Of a stretch of 19,162 nt of DNA, positions 8,320-16,489 are shown one piece after another. Numbering within the stretch: the stretch's first letter is position 1; each line of letters starts with the position of its first letter. Location: contig JBBQRQ010000097.1 in assembly GCA_038214755.1 (NCBI GenBank), positions 1 through 19,162 of the forward strand, in the 5' to 3' direction. The stretch comes from Verrucomicrobiota bacterium (GTDB taxonomy: Bacteria > Verrucomicrobiota > Verrucomicrobiia > Limisphaerales > CANJXF01). The notes below the pieces were generated by a model that was not told the origin of the DNA, made no database searches, and saw nothing but the letters and a program-made list of their open reading frames with translations. Made by a program: the position numbers and the translations under genes.

Positions 8320-9717
8320 ATGCCCAAAGCGACTGACATTCGGGTCCTCGACACGCGGCTCTATTTTTTGCCGGTGCAAACGCGCGTGCCGTTGAAGTTT
8401 GGTTCGGAGACCCTCACGGAAGTGACGTGCGCGCGGGTCTGTGTGCGCGTGGAAAATCGCGCCGGAAAAACCGCCGAAGGTTGGGGCGAAACACCGTTGA
8501 GCGTGCAATGGACCTGGCCGAGCGGAATCTCTTACTCCGAACGTCACGAACGGTTGAAAATTTTTTGCGCCACTCTCGCCCAGGCCTGGGTCGCGTTCGG
8601 TCAGGCCGGGCATCCAGTTGAAATCGGCTATGATTTTCAGGAAAACTTTTTGCCCGCCATCTTGAACAAAGCGAATGCAAAAAGCTGCGCCTCTGAGCCG
8701 ATGCCATTGCTGGCGGCATTGCTGTGTTGTTCTGCATTCGACATCGCGATTCACGACGCCTTTGGGAAGTTGCTGGAACGCGAAGTTTATCAAACTTACG
8801 GCGCGGAATTTTTCAATCGTGATCTGGCTGATTTCTTCGGGCCGAGAAACAACTCGCCCATTTCATTCGATGGGAAATTTCCGGCGGATTTTCTGGTGAA
8901 GAATCCGCCCAGAAAATTGTTGGCGTGGCATTTGGTGGGCGGCCTCGACCTTCTCGATTCCTCCGACGCCACCGGGCAGGAAACGTCCGATGGTTATCCC
9001 GTTCTCCTGACCGATTGGATCCAGCGCGATGGTTTGAGGTGTTTGAAAATAAAATTGCGCGGCAACGATGCGAAATGGGATTACGAGCGAATGGTTCGCG
9101 TCGGAAAAATTGCGATGGAACAGGGCGTCGAACATTTGACCGCCGATTACAATTGCACCGTGACCGACTCGGCCTATGTCAACGAGATGCTCGACCGTTT
9201 GCGCGCCGAACATCCCCGCATTCACGAAATGATTTTGTATGTAGAGCAACCTTTTCCCTACGAGTTGGAGCAGAAGCGAATTGACGTGCGCAGCGTGTCG
9301 TCGCGCAAGCCGTTGTTCCTCGACGAAAGCGCGCACGACTGGCGGTTCGTAAAACTGGGGCATGAACTGGGTTGGTCGGGTGTCGCGCTGAAAACGTGCA
9401 AGACGCAAACTGGCGCGCTCTTGAGTTGTTGCTGGGCCAAAGCCCATGGAATGTCGCTGATGGTGCAAGACCTTTCGAACCCGATGCTGGCGCAAATTCC
9501 GCACGTCCAACTCGCCGCCCATGTCGGAACCATTATGGGCGTGGAGACCAATGCCATGCAGTTTTATCCCGAAGCGTCGCGACCCGAAGCGGCGGTCCAT
9601 CCGGGGATTTATCAGCGGCGCGATGGGCAAATTGATCTGAGCACATTGCGAGGAGCCGGCTTCGGCTATCGATTGGAAGAAATTAAACGCCAACTGCCGT
9701 CCCCTGTAAGTGGGTAG
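8320..9717 (+). CDS. Enolase-superfamily (mandelate racemase/muconate lactonizing-like) enzyme
   Basis: GWGE in the N-domain, KIK, metal-ligand-like ADYN/EQP/DES and a second Lys in ALKTCK; starts 1 nt after the MFS stop. Confidence 0.85.
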   Translation: MPKATDIRVLDTRLYFLPVQTRVPLKFGSETLTEVTCARVCVRVENRAGKTAEGWGETPLSVQWTWPSGISYSERHERLKIFCATLAQAWVAFGQAGHPVEIGYDFQENFLPAILNKANAKSCASEPMPLLAALLCCSAFDIAIHDAFGKLLEREVYQTYGAEFFNRDLADFFGPRNNSPISFDGKFPADFLVKNPPRKLLAWHLVGGLDLLDSSDATGQETSDGYPVLLTDWIQRDGLRCLKIKLRGNDAKWDYERMVRVGKIAMEQGVEHLTADYNCTVTDSAYVNEMLDRLRAEHPRIHEMILYVEQPFPYELEQKRIDVRSVSSRKPLFLDESAHDWRFVKLGHELGWSGVALKTCKTQTGALLSCCWAKAHGMSLMVQDLSNPMLAQIPHVQLAAHVGTIMGVETNAMQFYPEASRPEAAVHPGIYQRRDGQIDLSTLRGAGFGYRLEEIKRQLPSPVSG

Positions 9718-9744
9718 TGTTACAGTTTGAAATCACAACCTGAA

Positions 9745-10206
9745 TCACGAGATAGTGACTTTGCCAGTGCGACCATCGTACATCATTGTGTACCCTCGAA
9801 GAAAAGTTCTTCCGATTAGAGCTAGATGAAGCTGTCCCCCAGCCTGCATATTGACTCCGGCAAACGAACCCCAAATTGTAAATCCCAAAGAAGGCACATG
9901 CACTTGAGCTAAATGCATGTTGATTTCGATACTTCCATGAACCCCAGAGACCATTCGGCGATCAACAATGGGTAGGTTTAATTGCGACGCCAGCATGCTA
10001 TCGATACAGCTTTCGGATGCACCCGTATCAACAAGCGCATGGATTCCTTTTACCCCAGGCGCCGGCACACTCAGTGGGAAGTTTGTGGGAATAAATGTGG
10101 CGTCAAAGCCGATGTCAACTTTGAGCGTCGGCCCATAATACGCGAGCAATTCCGCGCCTGCCGCACCCCCGGGCACATCAATAAAACCACACTCAGTACT
10201 AGGCAT
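9745..10206 (-). CDS. Retropepsin-like (clan AA) aspartyl protease
   Basis: ALVDTGA catalytic motif and LIGRTFL C-terminal motif; single domain, 153 aa. Confidence 0.88.
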   Translation of the reverse strand: MPSTECGFIDVPGGAAGAELLAYYGPTLKVDIGFDATFIPTNFPLSVPAPGVKGIHALVDTGASESCIDSMLASQLNLPIVDRRMVSGVHGSIEINMHLAQVHVPSLGFTIWGSFAGVNMQAGGQLHLALIGRTFLRGYTMMYDGRTGKVTIS

Positions 10207-10441
10207 ACGTTGGCCGAAACATCACAGATGCTGGCAGCATCATTGGGGATGCGCCCACCTGCCGAATGAGATAAGGGCCGCGACCAAAGCGTTTTACTGC
10301 TTCTGTCGCTGCGTCATCGAATGAGTCGTACGCGCCTACCAAAACCTCGTTGTGAAAGAGAACCCATTTTCCCATATGCCTCTCCTCCATCTCCTGCTTC
10401 ATTTTTTCGTAGGCGGCAATATCGGATTTAACGTCAGCCAT
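10199..10441 (-). CDS. Small DUF5678-like protein
   Basis: 80 aa from ATG 10441; pattern GKWVLF....VG.YDSF..A...A...FG..P.LIRQVG; overlaps the protease start by 8 nt. Confidence 0.7.
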   Translation of the reverse strand: MADVKSDIAAYEKMKQEMEERHMGKWVLFHNEVLVGAYDSFDDAATEAVKRFGRGPYLIRQVGASPMMLPASVMFRPTYA

Positions 10442-10448
10442 CACTGAC

Positions 10449-10476
10449 AAAATCAAGTGTAAATTCCCGTTGTCAA
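10449..10476 (-). promoter_or_regulatory. Putative promoter of the DUF5678-protease pair
   Basis: Perfect TTGACA-16 nt-GATTTT (weak -10), then 7 nt to the ATG at 10441. Confidence 0.4.
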
Positions 10477-10565
10477 TGCGAGAATTGTTCACTGAACCCA
10501 AATTCACATTTTTCCAAACCCAACCGCGCGGTACAATCCAGTGAATTTTGGACCTTCTCTTGATG

Positions 10566-12674
10566 CTACGAAAAACTTAATTCAGTCGTCGCAGCCTCCA
10601 CATCCCAATTCCGCGGCGGCTTGCTGTTGATCGACGCGACGTCTTTGATGGAAATCTGTCGGCCAACCGTCTTCGCGCCTTTCACAGCCACCTCGGATGG
10701 GTTGCATGTCTGCTGATGAATTTTCTGGTGCGGTGCCGGTTTGTATTTGATGAAAAGCTCCTTTGGTGTTTCTGACTCGAAAAACAAAACGCGCGACTTT
10801 TCGGGAATGCAAAAATATTCCTTGTTTAAAATCGTCCCGCCAAAAGTGAAGCGCTTGAGATAGGTCGCTTCGCGGTTGGTGTAGCACAAAGTGAAAACGC
10901 GTTCTCGTTCTGGCAGTCCACAATAAATCAAATCCGGACCGACAAACATTTTCTCCGGCAATTCAAGAACTTTGTAGTGGCCATCTTTGAAAACGAGCAA
11001 CAGCTTGTCGAACTTTGTGCAATCCATTTTGAACTCTTCCCCGGAAACTTTGTAGCCGATGTAGCCACTCTCCCGGTCGTAAGAAACTTTGAACGCCTTG
11101 AACGCGACTTCCTTTGCATCGACTTCATCGTAACGGCTGGACTTGGTCAGGCGCGGATACAGCGGTCCATATTTCTCCAGCAACGCTTCCAGGTGGGCCA
11201 CGACATACCTCGTGAGGTTCTTTAGATTTTTGCGCGTCTCAGTCAACTCGGTTTTCGTCTTCTCCATTTCCTCGCGATGTTTGTTGATGTCGAAAAGAGA
11301 AATCCTGCGAATACGAACTTGCAACAAACGATCGACATCTTCACTCGATAATTCGCGGATCAATTGTTTGGCGAAAGGCTTGAATCCATCCTGCACCGCC
11401 GTCTGAACGGCTTCGTTCGTTTTGGCCGCCTCAATCCTCTTATAAATTTTCTCCTCGATAAAAATTCGCTCCAGCGTGCGATAATGCAGTTCGCTTTCCA
11501 ACTGCCGCTCGCGCAATTCCAACTCGCGTTTGAGCGTCGCCACCAGTTGCGTCGTGTTCTCGCGCAAGACCTCCGACACCGTCATTTCCACCGGCCGATT
11601 GTTCTTAATGACGATGATTCGACTCGCAATCGTCGTCTCGCAGTCGGTGAATGCGTAGAGCGCATCGACCAGTTTTTCGGCGCTCACGCCGCTTGGCGCT
11701 CGAACCTCGATTTCCACTTCTTCAGAGGTAAAATCGTTCACGCTCTTGACCTTCAACTTTCCTTTGCGTGTCGCGTCTTCGATGGAAGCCATCAAGGATT
11801 CGGTGGTCGTCGTTGGCGGAATTTCTTTGATGACCACAGTCGAGTCGTCCTTGATTTTAATTTTCGCGCGGATTTTTATTCCGCCTTTGCCATCGGCATA
11901 TTCGCGCGCGTCCATCAAACCGCCCGTTGGAAAATCCGGCAGACATTTGAACGATTGTTTTTTCAGAATCGCGATCTGCGCCTCAATCAACTCAGGAAAA
12001 TTGTGCGACAAAATCCGTGAGGACATTCCGACCGCGATGCCTTCCGTCCCCAGCATCAAGAGCAACGGCAACTTGCTCGGCAGCGTGACCGGCTCTTTGT
12101 TGCGTCCGTCGTAGCTCGGAATGAAGTCGGTGATTTCGTCGTTGAAGACTTCGTTTCGCGCGAGGTCGGTGAGACGACATTCGATGTAACGCGGCGCGGC
12201 GGCAACATCGCCGGTGAAAATATTTCCGTAATTTCCCTGGCCTTCGATCAGATAACGTTTGTTCGCCAGCACGACCAGCGCATCGCCAATCGAAGCGTCG
12301 CCGTGCGGATGGTATTGCATGGCGTGACCCACCACGTTCGCCACTTTGATAAATCGGCCATCGTCCTTTTCGTGCAGCGCCCAGAGGATGCGCCGTTGCA
12401 CCGGCTTCAATCCGTCGGCGAGATTTGGAATGGCGCGATCACGAATGACGTAGGAAGCGTATTCGAGAAAGCTGGTGTTGACGCGGCGATGCAGCGCCAA
12501 ATCAATTTTCCCCGGGACAAATGGAATGTGGGCGACCAACGCGACGTCTTCAGCGAGAACGTGCGATTCGCCATTACCATCGGCTTTTGGAAACACACTT
12601 GCACCCTCGCCGTTCGTCTTTGTTTCAACCGGCAACTCTTGTTGTTCAGGACTGTCTTTTCTTTTTGTTGCCAT
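10566..12674 (-). CDS. parC: Type IIA topoisomerase A subunit, topoisomerase IV (ParC)-like
   Basis: DGLKPVQRR, YHPHGD, catalytic AAPRY and PDFPTGG motifs; 702 aa with a short C-terminal domain and no visible GyrA box. Confidence 0.85.
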   Translation of the reverse strand: MATKRKDSPEQQELPVETKTNGEGASVFPKADGNGESHVLAEDVALVAHIPFVPGKIDLALHRRVNTSFLEYASYVIRDRAIPNLADGLKPVQRRILWALHEKDDGRFIKVANVVGHAMQYHPHGDASIGDALVVLANKRYLIEGQGNYGNIFTGDVAAAPRYIECRLTDLARNEVFNDEITDFIPSYDGRNKEPVTLPSKLPLLLMLGTEGIAVGMSSRILSHNFPELIEAQIAILKKQSFKCLPDFPTGGLMDAREYADGKGGIKIRAKIKIKDDSTVVIKEIPPTTTTESLMASIEDATRKGKLKVKSVNDFTSEEVEIEVRAPSGVSAEKLVDALYAFTDCETTIASRIIVIKNNRPVEMTVSEVLRENTTQLVATLKRELELRERQLESELHYRTLERIFIEEKIYKRIEAAKTNEAVQTAVQDGFKPFAKQLIRELSSEDVDRLLQVRIRRISLFDINKHREEMEKTKTELTETRKNLKNLTRYVVAHLEALLEKYGPLYPRLTKSSRYDEVDAKEVAFKAFKVSYDRESGYIGYKVSGEEFKMDCTKFDKLLLVFKDGHYKVLELPEKMFVGPDLIYCGLPERERVFTLCYTNREATYLKRFTFGGTILNKEYFCIPEKSRVLFFESETPKELFIKYKPAPHQKIHQQTCNPSEVAVKGAKTVGRQISIKDVASINSKPPRNWDVEAATTELSFS

Positions 12675-12692
12675 ACTAAAATAATTCTTCTC

Positions 12693-13184
12693 TTACTTGG
12701 CTTTGCTTTCGCGAGCGACGATTTCCTTCATCGCCAGCACGTCGAGTTTATCTTTGTCCCGCCACGAATTTTGTTTGAGAAAAATCAGATCGACGGGCGA
12801 AAGATACGGAATGCGAACGCCGCTGGTCTCTAAATAGCGCAGACGCGGGCGAAAATCCTCCAGCGACTTGCCGCGCATTCGAGTGAAAATATCCAGATCA
12901 AAATCTTCCATGACGCGGATGGAACCTTCTTGCGGAATAAATTCTTCCGGCTTGAGTTCGCGCGCCCAGCCTTCGCCCCATTGTTCGAGCGACCTTAGAA
13001 GTTTGTGAATATTCTCAGGAGAATCGTTGACCAGAATGTCAGCATCCAAAGTAAGACGAGGATAGCCATTGAGAATTACCGCGACGCCGCCCACCACCGC
13101 CAGATCCACTCCGTCTTTAACGAGGTCGGCCAACAGTTTTTCGAATTGGGAAATATTCTTTTTCTCTTCGGGCAAGGGCTGCAT
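12693..13184 (-). CDS. Pol-beta-fold nucleotidyltransferase (DUF6036/AbiEii-like)
   Basis: VGGVAV...GYPRLTLDADIL (GG..DxD) and C-terminal K...R.KD..D. Confidence 0.85.
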   Translation of the reverse strand: MQPLPEEKKNISQFEKLLADLVKDGVDLAVVGGVAVILNGYPRLTLDADILVNDSPENIHKLLRSLEQWGEGWARELKPEEFIPQEGSIRVMEDFDLDIFTRMRGKSLEDFRPRLRYLETSGVRIPYLSPVDLIFLKQNSWRDKDKLDVLAMKEIVARESKAK

Positions 13185-13305
13185 GACAATGTTTTTTAAC
13201 GAAATGAGTCAAACCTTCCACAGCAAAGAGTCGTTCGGAAAGCGTTCGTTTCCGGCCAACCACGCGGCGAACCGATTGCTGCATTGGCTCAACTTCATGT
13301 TCCAT
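13117..13305 (-). CDS. Small basic hypothetical protein overlapping the nucleotidyltransferase start
   Basis: 62 aa; ATG lies 7 nt after a promoter-like -10; 68-nt overlap with the next gene. Confidence 0.4.
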   Translation of the reverse strand: MEHEVEPMQQSVRRVVGRKRTLSERLFAVEGLTHFVKKHCHAALARREKEYFPIRKTVGRPR

Positions 13306-13312
13306 GCGCGAA

Positions 13313-13342
13313 AACGTAATCTCTCCGAATGCGCCTCGTCAA
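13313..13342 (-). promoter_or_regulatory. Putative promoter for small ORF-nucleotidyltransferase(-parC)
   Basis: TTGACG-18 nt-TACGTT, then 7 nt to the ATG at 13305. Confidence 0.45.
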
Positions 13343-13373
13343 CGCGAGGTTTGAGAGTTGAAGTTGGCGTGTC

Positions 13374-13639
13374 TTCAATCCTGAAAGGATTGGTATCACT
13401 CAGCCCAGCGTTGCGAGGAACGAGCTACGCTGGGGCAAGGTGCAAACCAATCATCAACCCGGAACGGGTTGAATCAAATCCCGCTCATTCCGTTTCGAAA
13501 TCCAATTTGATGAACGTTTGGGATTTATTTCGTGATTTGATTCAACTCTTTTCAGAGTTGATGAACATTTCTTTGATCCCCAGCGTAGCTCTTTCCTCGC
13601 AACGCTGGGCTGACTGATTTCAAGCCCGTTGGGATTGAA
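13374..13639. repeat. About 265-bp composite palindromic element (REP/MITE-like), family B
   Basis: Arms 13400-13435 and 13578-13613 are 35/36 inverted-identical; further inverted pairs at 13374-13381/13632-13639 and 13451-13480/13534-13564; sub-units are themselves hairpins. Confidence 0.85.
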
Positions 13640-13724
13640 TACGCGGCGACGATTTATGGATGATAGCAATAACGTGAAGGCCGCGCTCCCTTCCCGCTAT
13701 TTCGATTTGTGCATCCGCCGAACA

Positions 13725-15170
13725 CTACTCGTTTCCTTTTTTCTTTTTCTTTTTCCTGGGCGAATCGCCGGCTGGCGGAATGTATTTCAAACCGGCGCTC
13801 TCCTGCGCGAGAAGTTTTTTCATTTCGGAAACTTGTTTGGCAAATTTTTCGTCGCGAGCGAGATTCGTGTATTCGAACGGATCACTTTGCTGATCGAAAA
13901 GTTCCGCGCCATTTTTTCCGCCGTCCCATTCGGAGTAACGCCAGCGTTCCGTGCGGACGGATTTGCCGAGATTTTCTCCCCAGCGCAAAACGGTGACAGC
14001 GGGTTTCCAATCGGCCTTCGGATTTTTTAGCAGTGGCGCGAGACTGACGCCTTCCAACTCGTCGTTTTTCGGCAAGCCGCAGAGTTCGAGGAGCGTGGGA
14101 TATATTCCGAGAAATTCCACGGTGCGCCCGCAGACTCTTCCATTCCCCTTCGCGTTGGGCGCGCAAATGATCAATGGCGCGTGGGCCGCTTCTTCAAATA
14201 AAGTTGTCTTGCGCCAAAGTCCGAGGTGTTCGCCGAGATGCCAGCCGTGATCGCCGAAGAAAACGATGACCGTGTTTTCGCGCAGTCCGAGTCGGTCGAG
14301 CGCGTCGAGCACCACACCGACTTGCGCGTCCATGAACGAAACGGCGGCGTAATAAGCGGCCATCGTTTGTTTGCGGCGATCTTCCGTCACGATTTGGTCG
14401 GGGCGATTTCGCAGGAGAGAAAGTTTCGGAATATCATCGCGGTCATTGGCCGGTTCCTTGGGCAATACGACTTTGCGCCAGTCGTAGAGATCGAAATATT
14501 TTTTCGGCGCGACGAGCGGTTCGTGCGGCTTGTGAAAACCAGCGGCGATAAAAAAAGTTTTGTCCTTATTTTGTTCGAGCAATTGAACGATGCGCCGCGC
14601 GGTATTGCCGTCTGGTTGCTGCTCGTCTTTGCCTTGCGCCGCGCAGAATTGAACCGGCGCTCCGCCGAGAATTCCTTTTTTATTGAGCGCGGCAAAATCG
14701 TCATCGCAATTATCAATGTCGTGATGGCCTTTGGCGCTTTCAGAAATGTCCCAACTGATCGCGTTTTCAAAACTGGAATGCGCAATTTTTCCGACGCGCG
14801 CAGTGAAATATCCGTGCTCGCGAAAATATTCCGGCAAAAATTTCACGTCCTTGCCGAGATAAGTTCGCGGCGGAGTTTCGTTGTCCATGATGCCAGTGGT
14901 CTCAGGACGGCGACCGCTCAAGAGTGAAGTGCGCGAGGGATTGCAGAGGGCATATTGGCAATAAGCGCGCTCGAATCTCACCCCCGCCTTCGCGAGCTTG
15001 TCGATGTTCGGTGATTTCACCATCGTGTGGCCGTAGCAACCGAGGTCGCGATTCAAGTCGTCCGCTGCGATGAAGAGAACGTTTAATTTTTTCCCCGCCG
15101 CATTGGTGGGCTGTGGCGAAAAAATGAAAAGCAAAGCGGATAGAAAAGAGAGCAGGTGGATGGGTTTCAT
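13725..15170 (-). CDS. Exported Cys-type sulfatase (iduronate-2-sulfatase-like)
   Basis: Signal peptide; NVLFIAADD, CNPSRTSLLSGR (CxPxR), GKIAH, GFHKPH and GDHGW motifs. Confidence 0.95.
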   Translation of the reverse strand: MKPIHLLSFLSALLFIFSPQPTNAAGKKLNVLFIAADDLNRDLGCYGHTMVKSPNIDKLAKAGVRFERAYCQYALCNPSRTSLLSGRRPETTGIMDNETPPRTYLGKDVKFLPEYFREHGYFTARVGKIAHSSFENAISWDISESAKGHHDIDNCDDDFAALNKKGILGGAPVQFCAAQGKDEQQPDGNTARRIVQLLEQNKDKTFFIAAGFHKPHEPLVAPKKYFDLYDWRKVVLPKEPANDRDDIPKLSLLRNRPDQIVTEDRRKQTMAAYYAAVSFMDAQVGVVLDALDRLGLRENTVIVFFGDHGWHLGEHLGLWRKTTLFEEAAHAPLIICAPNAKGNGRVCGRTVEFLGIYPTLLELCGLPKNDELEGVSLAPLLKNPKADWKPAVTVLRWGENLGKSVRTERWRYSEWDGGKNGAELFDQQSDPFEYTNLARDEKFAKQVSEMKKLLAQESAGLKYIPPAGDSPRKKKKKKGNE

Positions 15171-15269
15171 ATTGTCGGTGTCAAAGTTTAGCGGACGAGC
15201 GGCGTTCTGGAATGGTTACGTTATTGACGTCGCTTGTGGTTATTGGGGTCGAATTGGGATCCCGGATTA

Positions 15270-15387
15270 AACGCAGAGGACGCAGAGGTTCACGCAAAGG
15301 ACGCAAAGGAAGCCATCAGGAAAAAAGGCCTGACAGAAACATTCTCACTCTGCGTTCCTCTGCGAAAACCTTTGCGTCCTCTGCGTT
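15270..15387. repeat. Inverted-repeat element built from 9-mer ACGCA(G/A)AGG units, family C
   Basis: Left arm aacgcagagg acgcagagg ttc acgcaaagg acgcaaagg; right arm ctctgcgttcctctgcgaaaacctttgcgtcctctgcgtt. Confidence 0.85.
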
Positions 15388-15592
15388 AAAAGCTGTCGTT
15401 TCCGTCCCGACAAGGAACATCAAGGCAGGCAAGAACATCTTCACGTGTGATTGTGGAAAAAGCGGCCACGAGCGTTTCAATACCGTCGCCGTTGGCAGAC
15501 ATGCGGATGATTTGGTGAACGGGAATGCGAGTGTCGCGAATGCACGCCTGGCCATGGCAGATTCTTGGGTGAATTGAAATTCGCTCGTTCAT
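15386..15592 (-). CDS. DUF433 family protein (antitoxin-like HTH), possibly degenerate at the 3' end
   Basis: RISIHPRICHGQACIRDTRIPV...ITREDVLACL; the stop codon falls at the edge of the family C repeat. Confidence 0.8.
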   Translation of the reverse strand: MNERISIHPRICHGQACIRDTRIPVHQIIRMSANGDGIETLVAAFSTITREDVLACLDVPCRDGNDSF

Positions 15593-15660
15593 GGTGGGGG
15601 TGACAGAAATATTCGCTTGGTTCAAGCGCAGCCTCTTTCACCGACGGATCAAGTCCTCAA

Positions 15661-15876
15661 TCACGCCGCATGTACCCGCTGCTTAACCTGTTCCCATGTG
15701 CGGCCAGAAGCGGAGTTCTGCAAAAATTGCTCTTTGCGGCGACGTAGTTCGTCTCGCTTCCCCTCGGGCACAGGCGAAGGCGTTTCTTCTTGTGCGATGC
15801 TGTCCCAAAGGTCTTCGACGAGTTGGAGGCGTTCCGCTCGGCCAAGTTTGAAAAGGGGTGCGAATTCCGTGTTCAT
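15661..15876 (-). CDS. Putative addiction-module component (TIGR02574-like antitoxin)
   Basis: ERLQLVEDLWDSI...ELRRR...TWEQVK pattern; 71 aa from ATG 15876. Confidence 0.85.
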   Translation of the reverse strand: MNTEFAPLFKLGRAERLQLVEDLWDSIAQEETPSPVPEGKRDELRRRKEQFLQNSASGRTWEQVKQRVHAA

Positions 15877-15932
15877 GGAAAAAGAAATACCGTTCTTTTC
15901 AACATGAAACAAGGAGACGCTCTGCGGCATTG

Positions 15933-16489
15933 GTTAGGCGGCGACTCGTTGTGCTTCTGACTGTAAGCTGACTGCTCTCTCATAAAAGCGTTGGGCGCTC
16001 TCGACATCAAGAAACGCACGCTTCGGGATGATGTGCGCTGAATGCAGCGAGATGAAAATGTAAATGTAATCTGTGGCATCCACGACCTGATAAATCCCCC
16101 TCCAAAGATTCCGGCCCTCATTGAAAGGGGTGACTTCGACGAGCGCATCGTCTGCCAACGTCAGGGTGTGCTCGCAAAGGACTGACCTGTGCTTATCGGA
16201 TGTGTATGACCGCCACTGCGAGATACGTAAAACGACAAACACGGACAAACGGATAAACGCCCAGAAGACCAACATCAGCACGCAAAAATAAGTAACGCGA
16301 AAACCTATGCGGTGATCGTCTGCGGACAAAGTCAGCCACAGGCAAACCGCAACTATCCATGCGGCGCCAATATAGCGAGCGCGTCGCGCACCCGGAAGGT
16401 GCTTCTGCCCGTAACGCTGAAAAGCCCGCAGGTCACCCGGTTCGAGTTTGTAGGCAACAGTCATGTTGTGGTGCGGGTAGCCGCCTCAC
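15933..16489 (-). mobile_element. Probable integron-cassette remnant carrying the YcxB-like gene
   Basis: On the - strand the stop codon lies inside GCCGCCTAAC (RYYYAAC inverse core), and GTGAGGCGGC (9/10 complementary) lies 15 nt before the ATG. Confidence 0.5.
15934..16464 (-). CDS. YcxB-like membrane protein
   Basis: Two transmembrane segments, then W..I..V.....YIYIF......HIIPKRAF. Confidence 0.8.
   Translation of the reverse strand: MTVAYKLEPGDLRAFQRYGQKHLPGARRARYIGAAWIVAVCLWLTLSADDHRIGFRVTYFCVLMLVFWAFIRLSVFVVLRISQWRSYTSDKHRSVLCEHTLTLADDALVEVTPFNEGRNLWRGIYQVVDATDYIYIFISLHSAHIIPKRAFLDVESAQRFYERAVSLQSEAQRVAA

Noticed and set aside
1506..9693. Long antisense ORFs (1506-2177, 2283-3227, 5604-6482, 8863-9693; also 14226-14927, 17184-17975)
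   Set aside because: Shadow frames of well-supported genes with no motifs of their own
5631..9717. P450-MFS-enolase as a secondary-metabolite gene cluster
   Set aside because: No scaffold-forming enzyme or precursor peptide is visible, and the MFS appears to have its own promoter
10498..10551. Imperfect inverted repeat ccaaattcac / gtgaattttgg downstream of parC
   Set aside because: Short, AT-rich and widely spaced; too weak to call a terminator or an element end
13069..13669. ORFs 13069-13617 (+) and 13454-13669 (-)
   Set aside because: They run through the family B palindrome and have no recognisable domain
15212..15577. ORFs 15212-15577 (+) and 15316-15555 (-)
   Set aside because: Arg/Gly-rich or low-complexity translations of the family C repeat overlapping DUF433; no toxin motif
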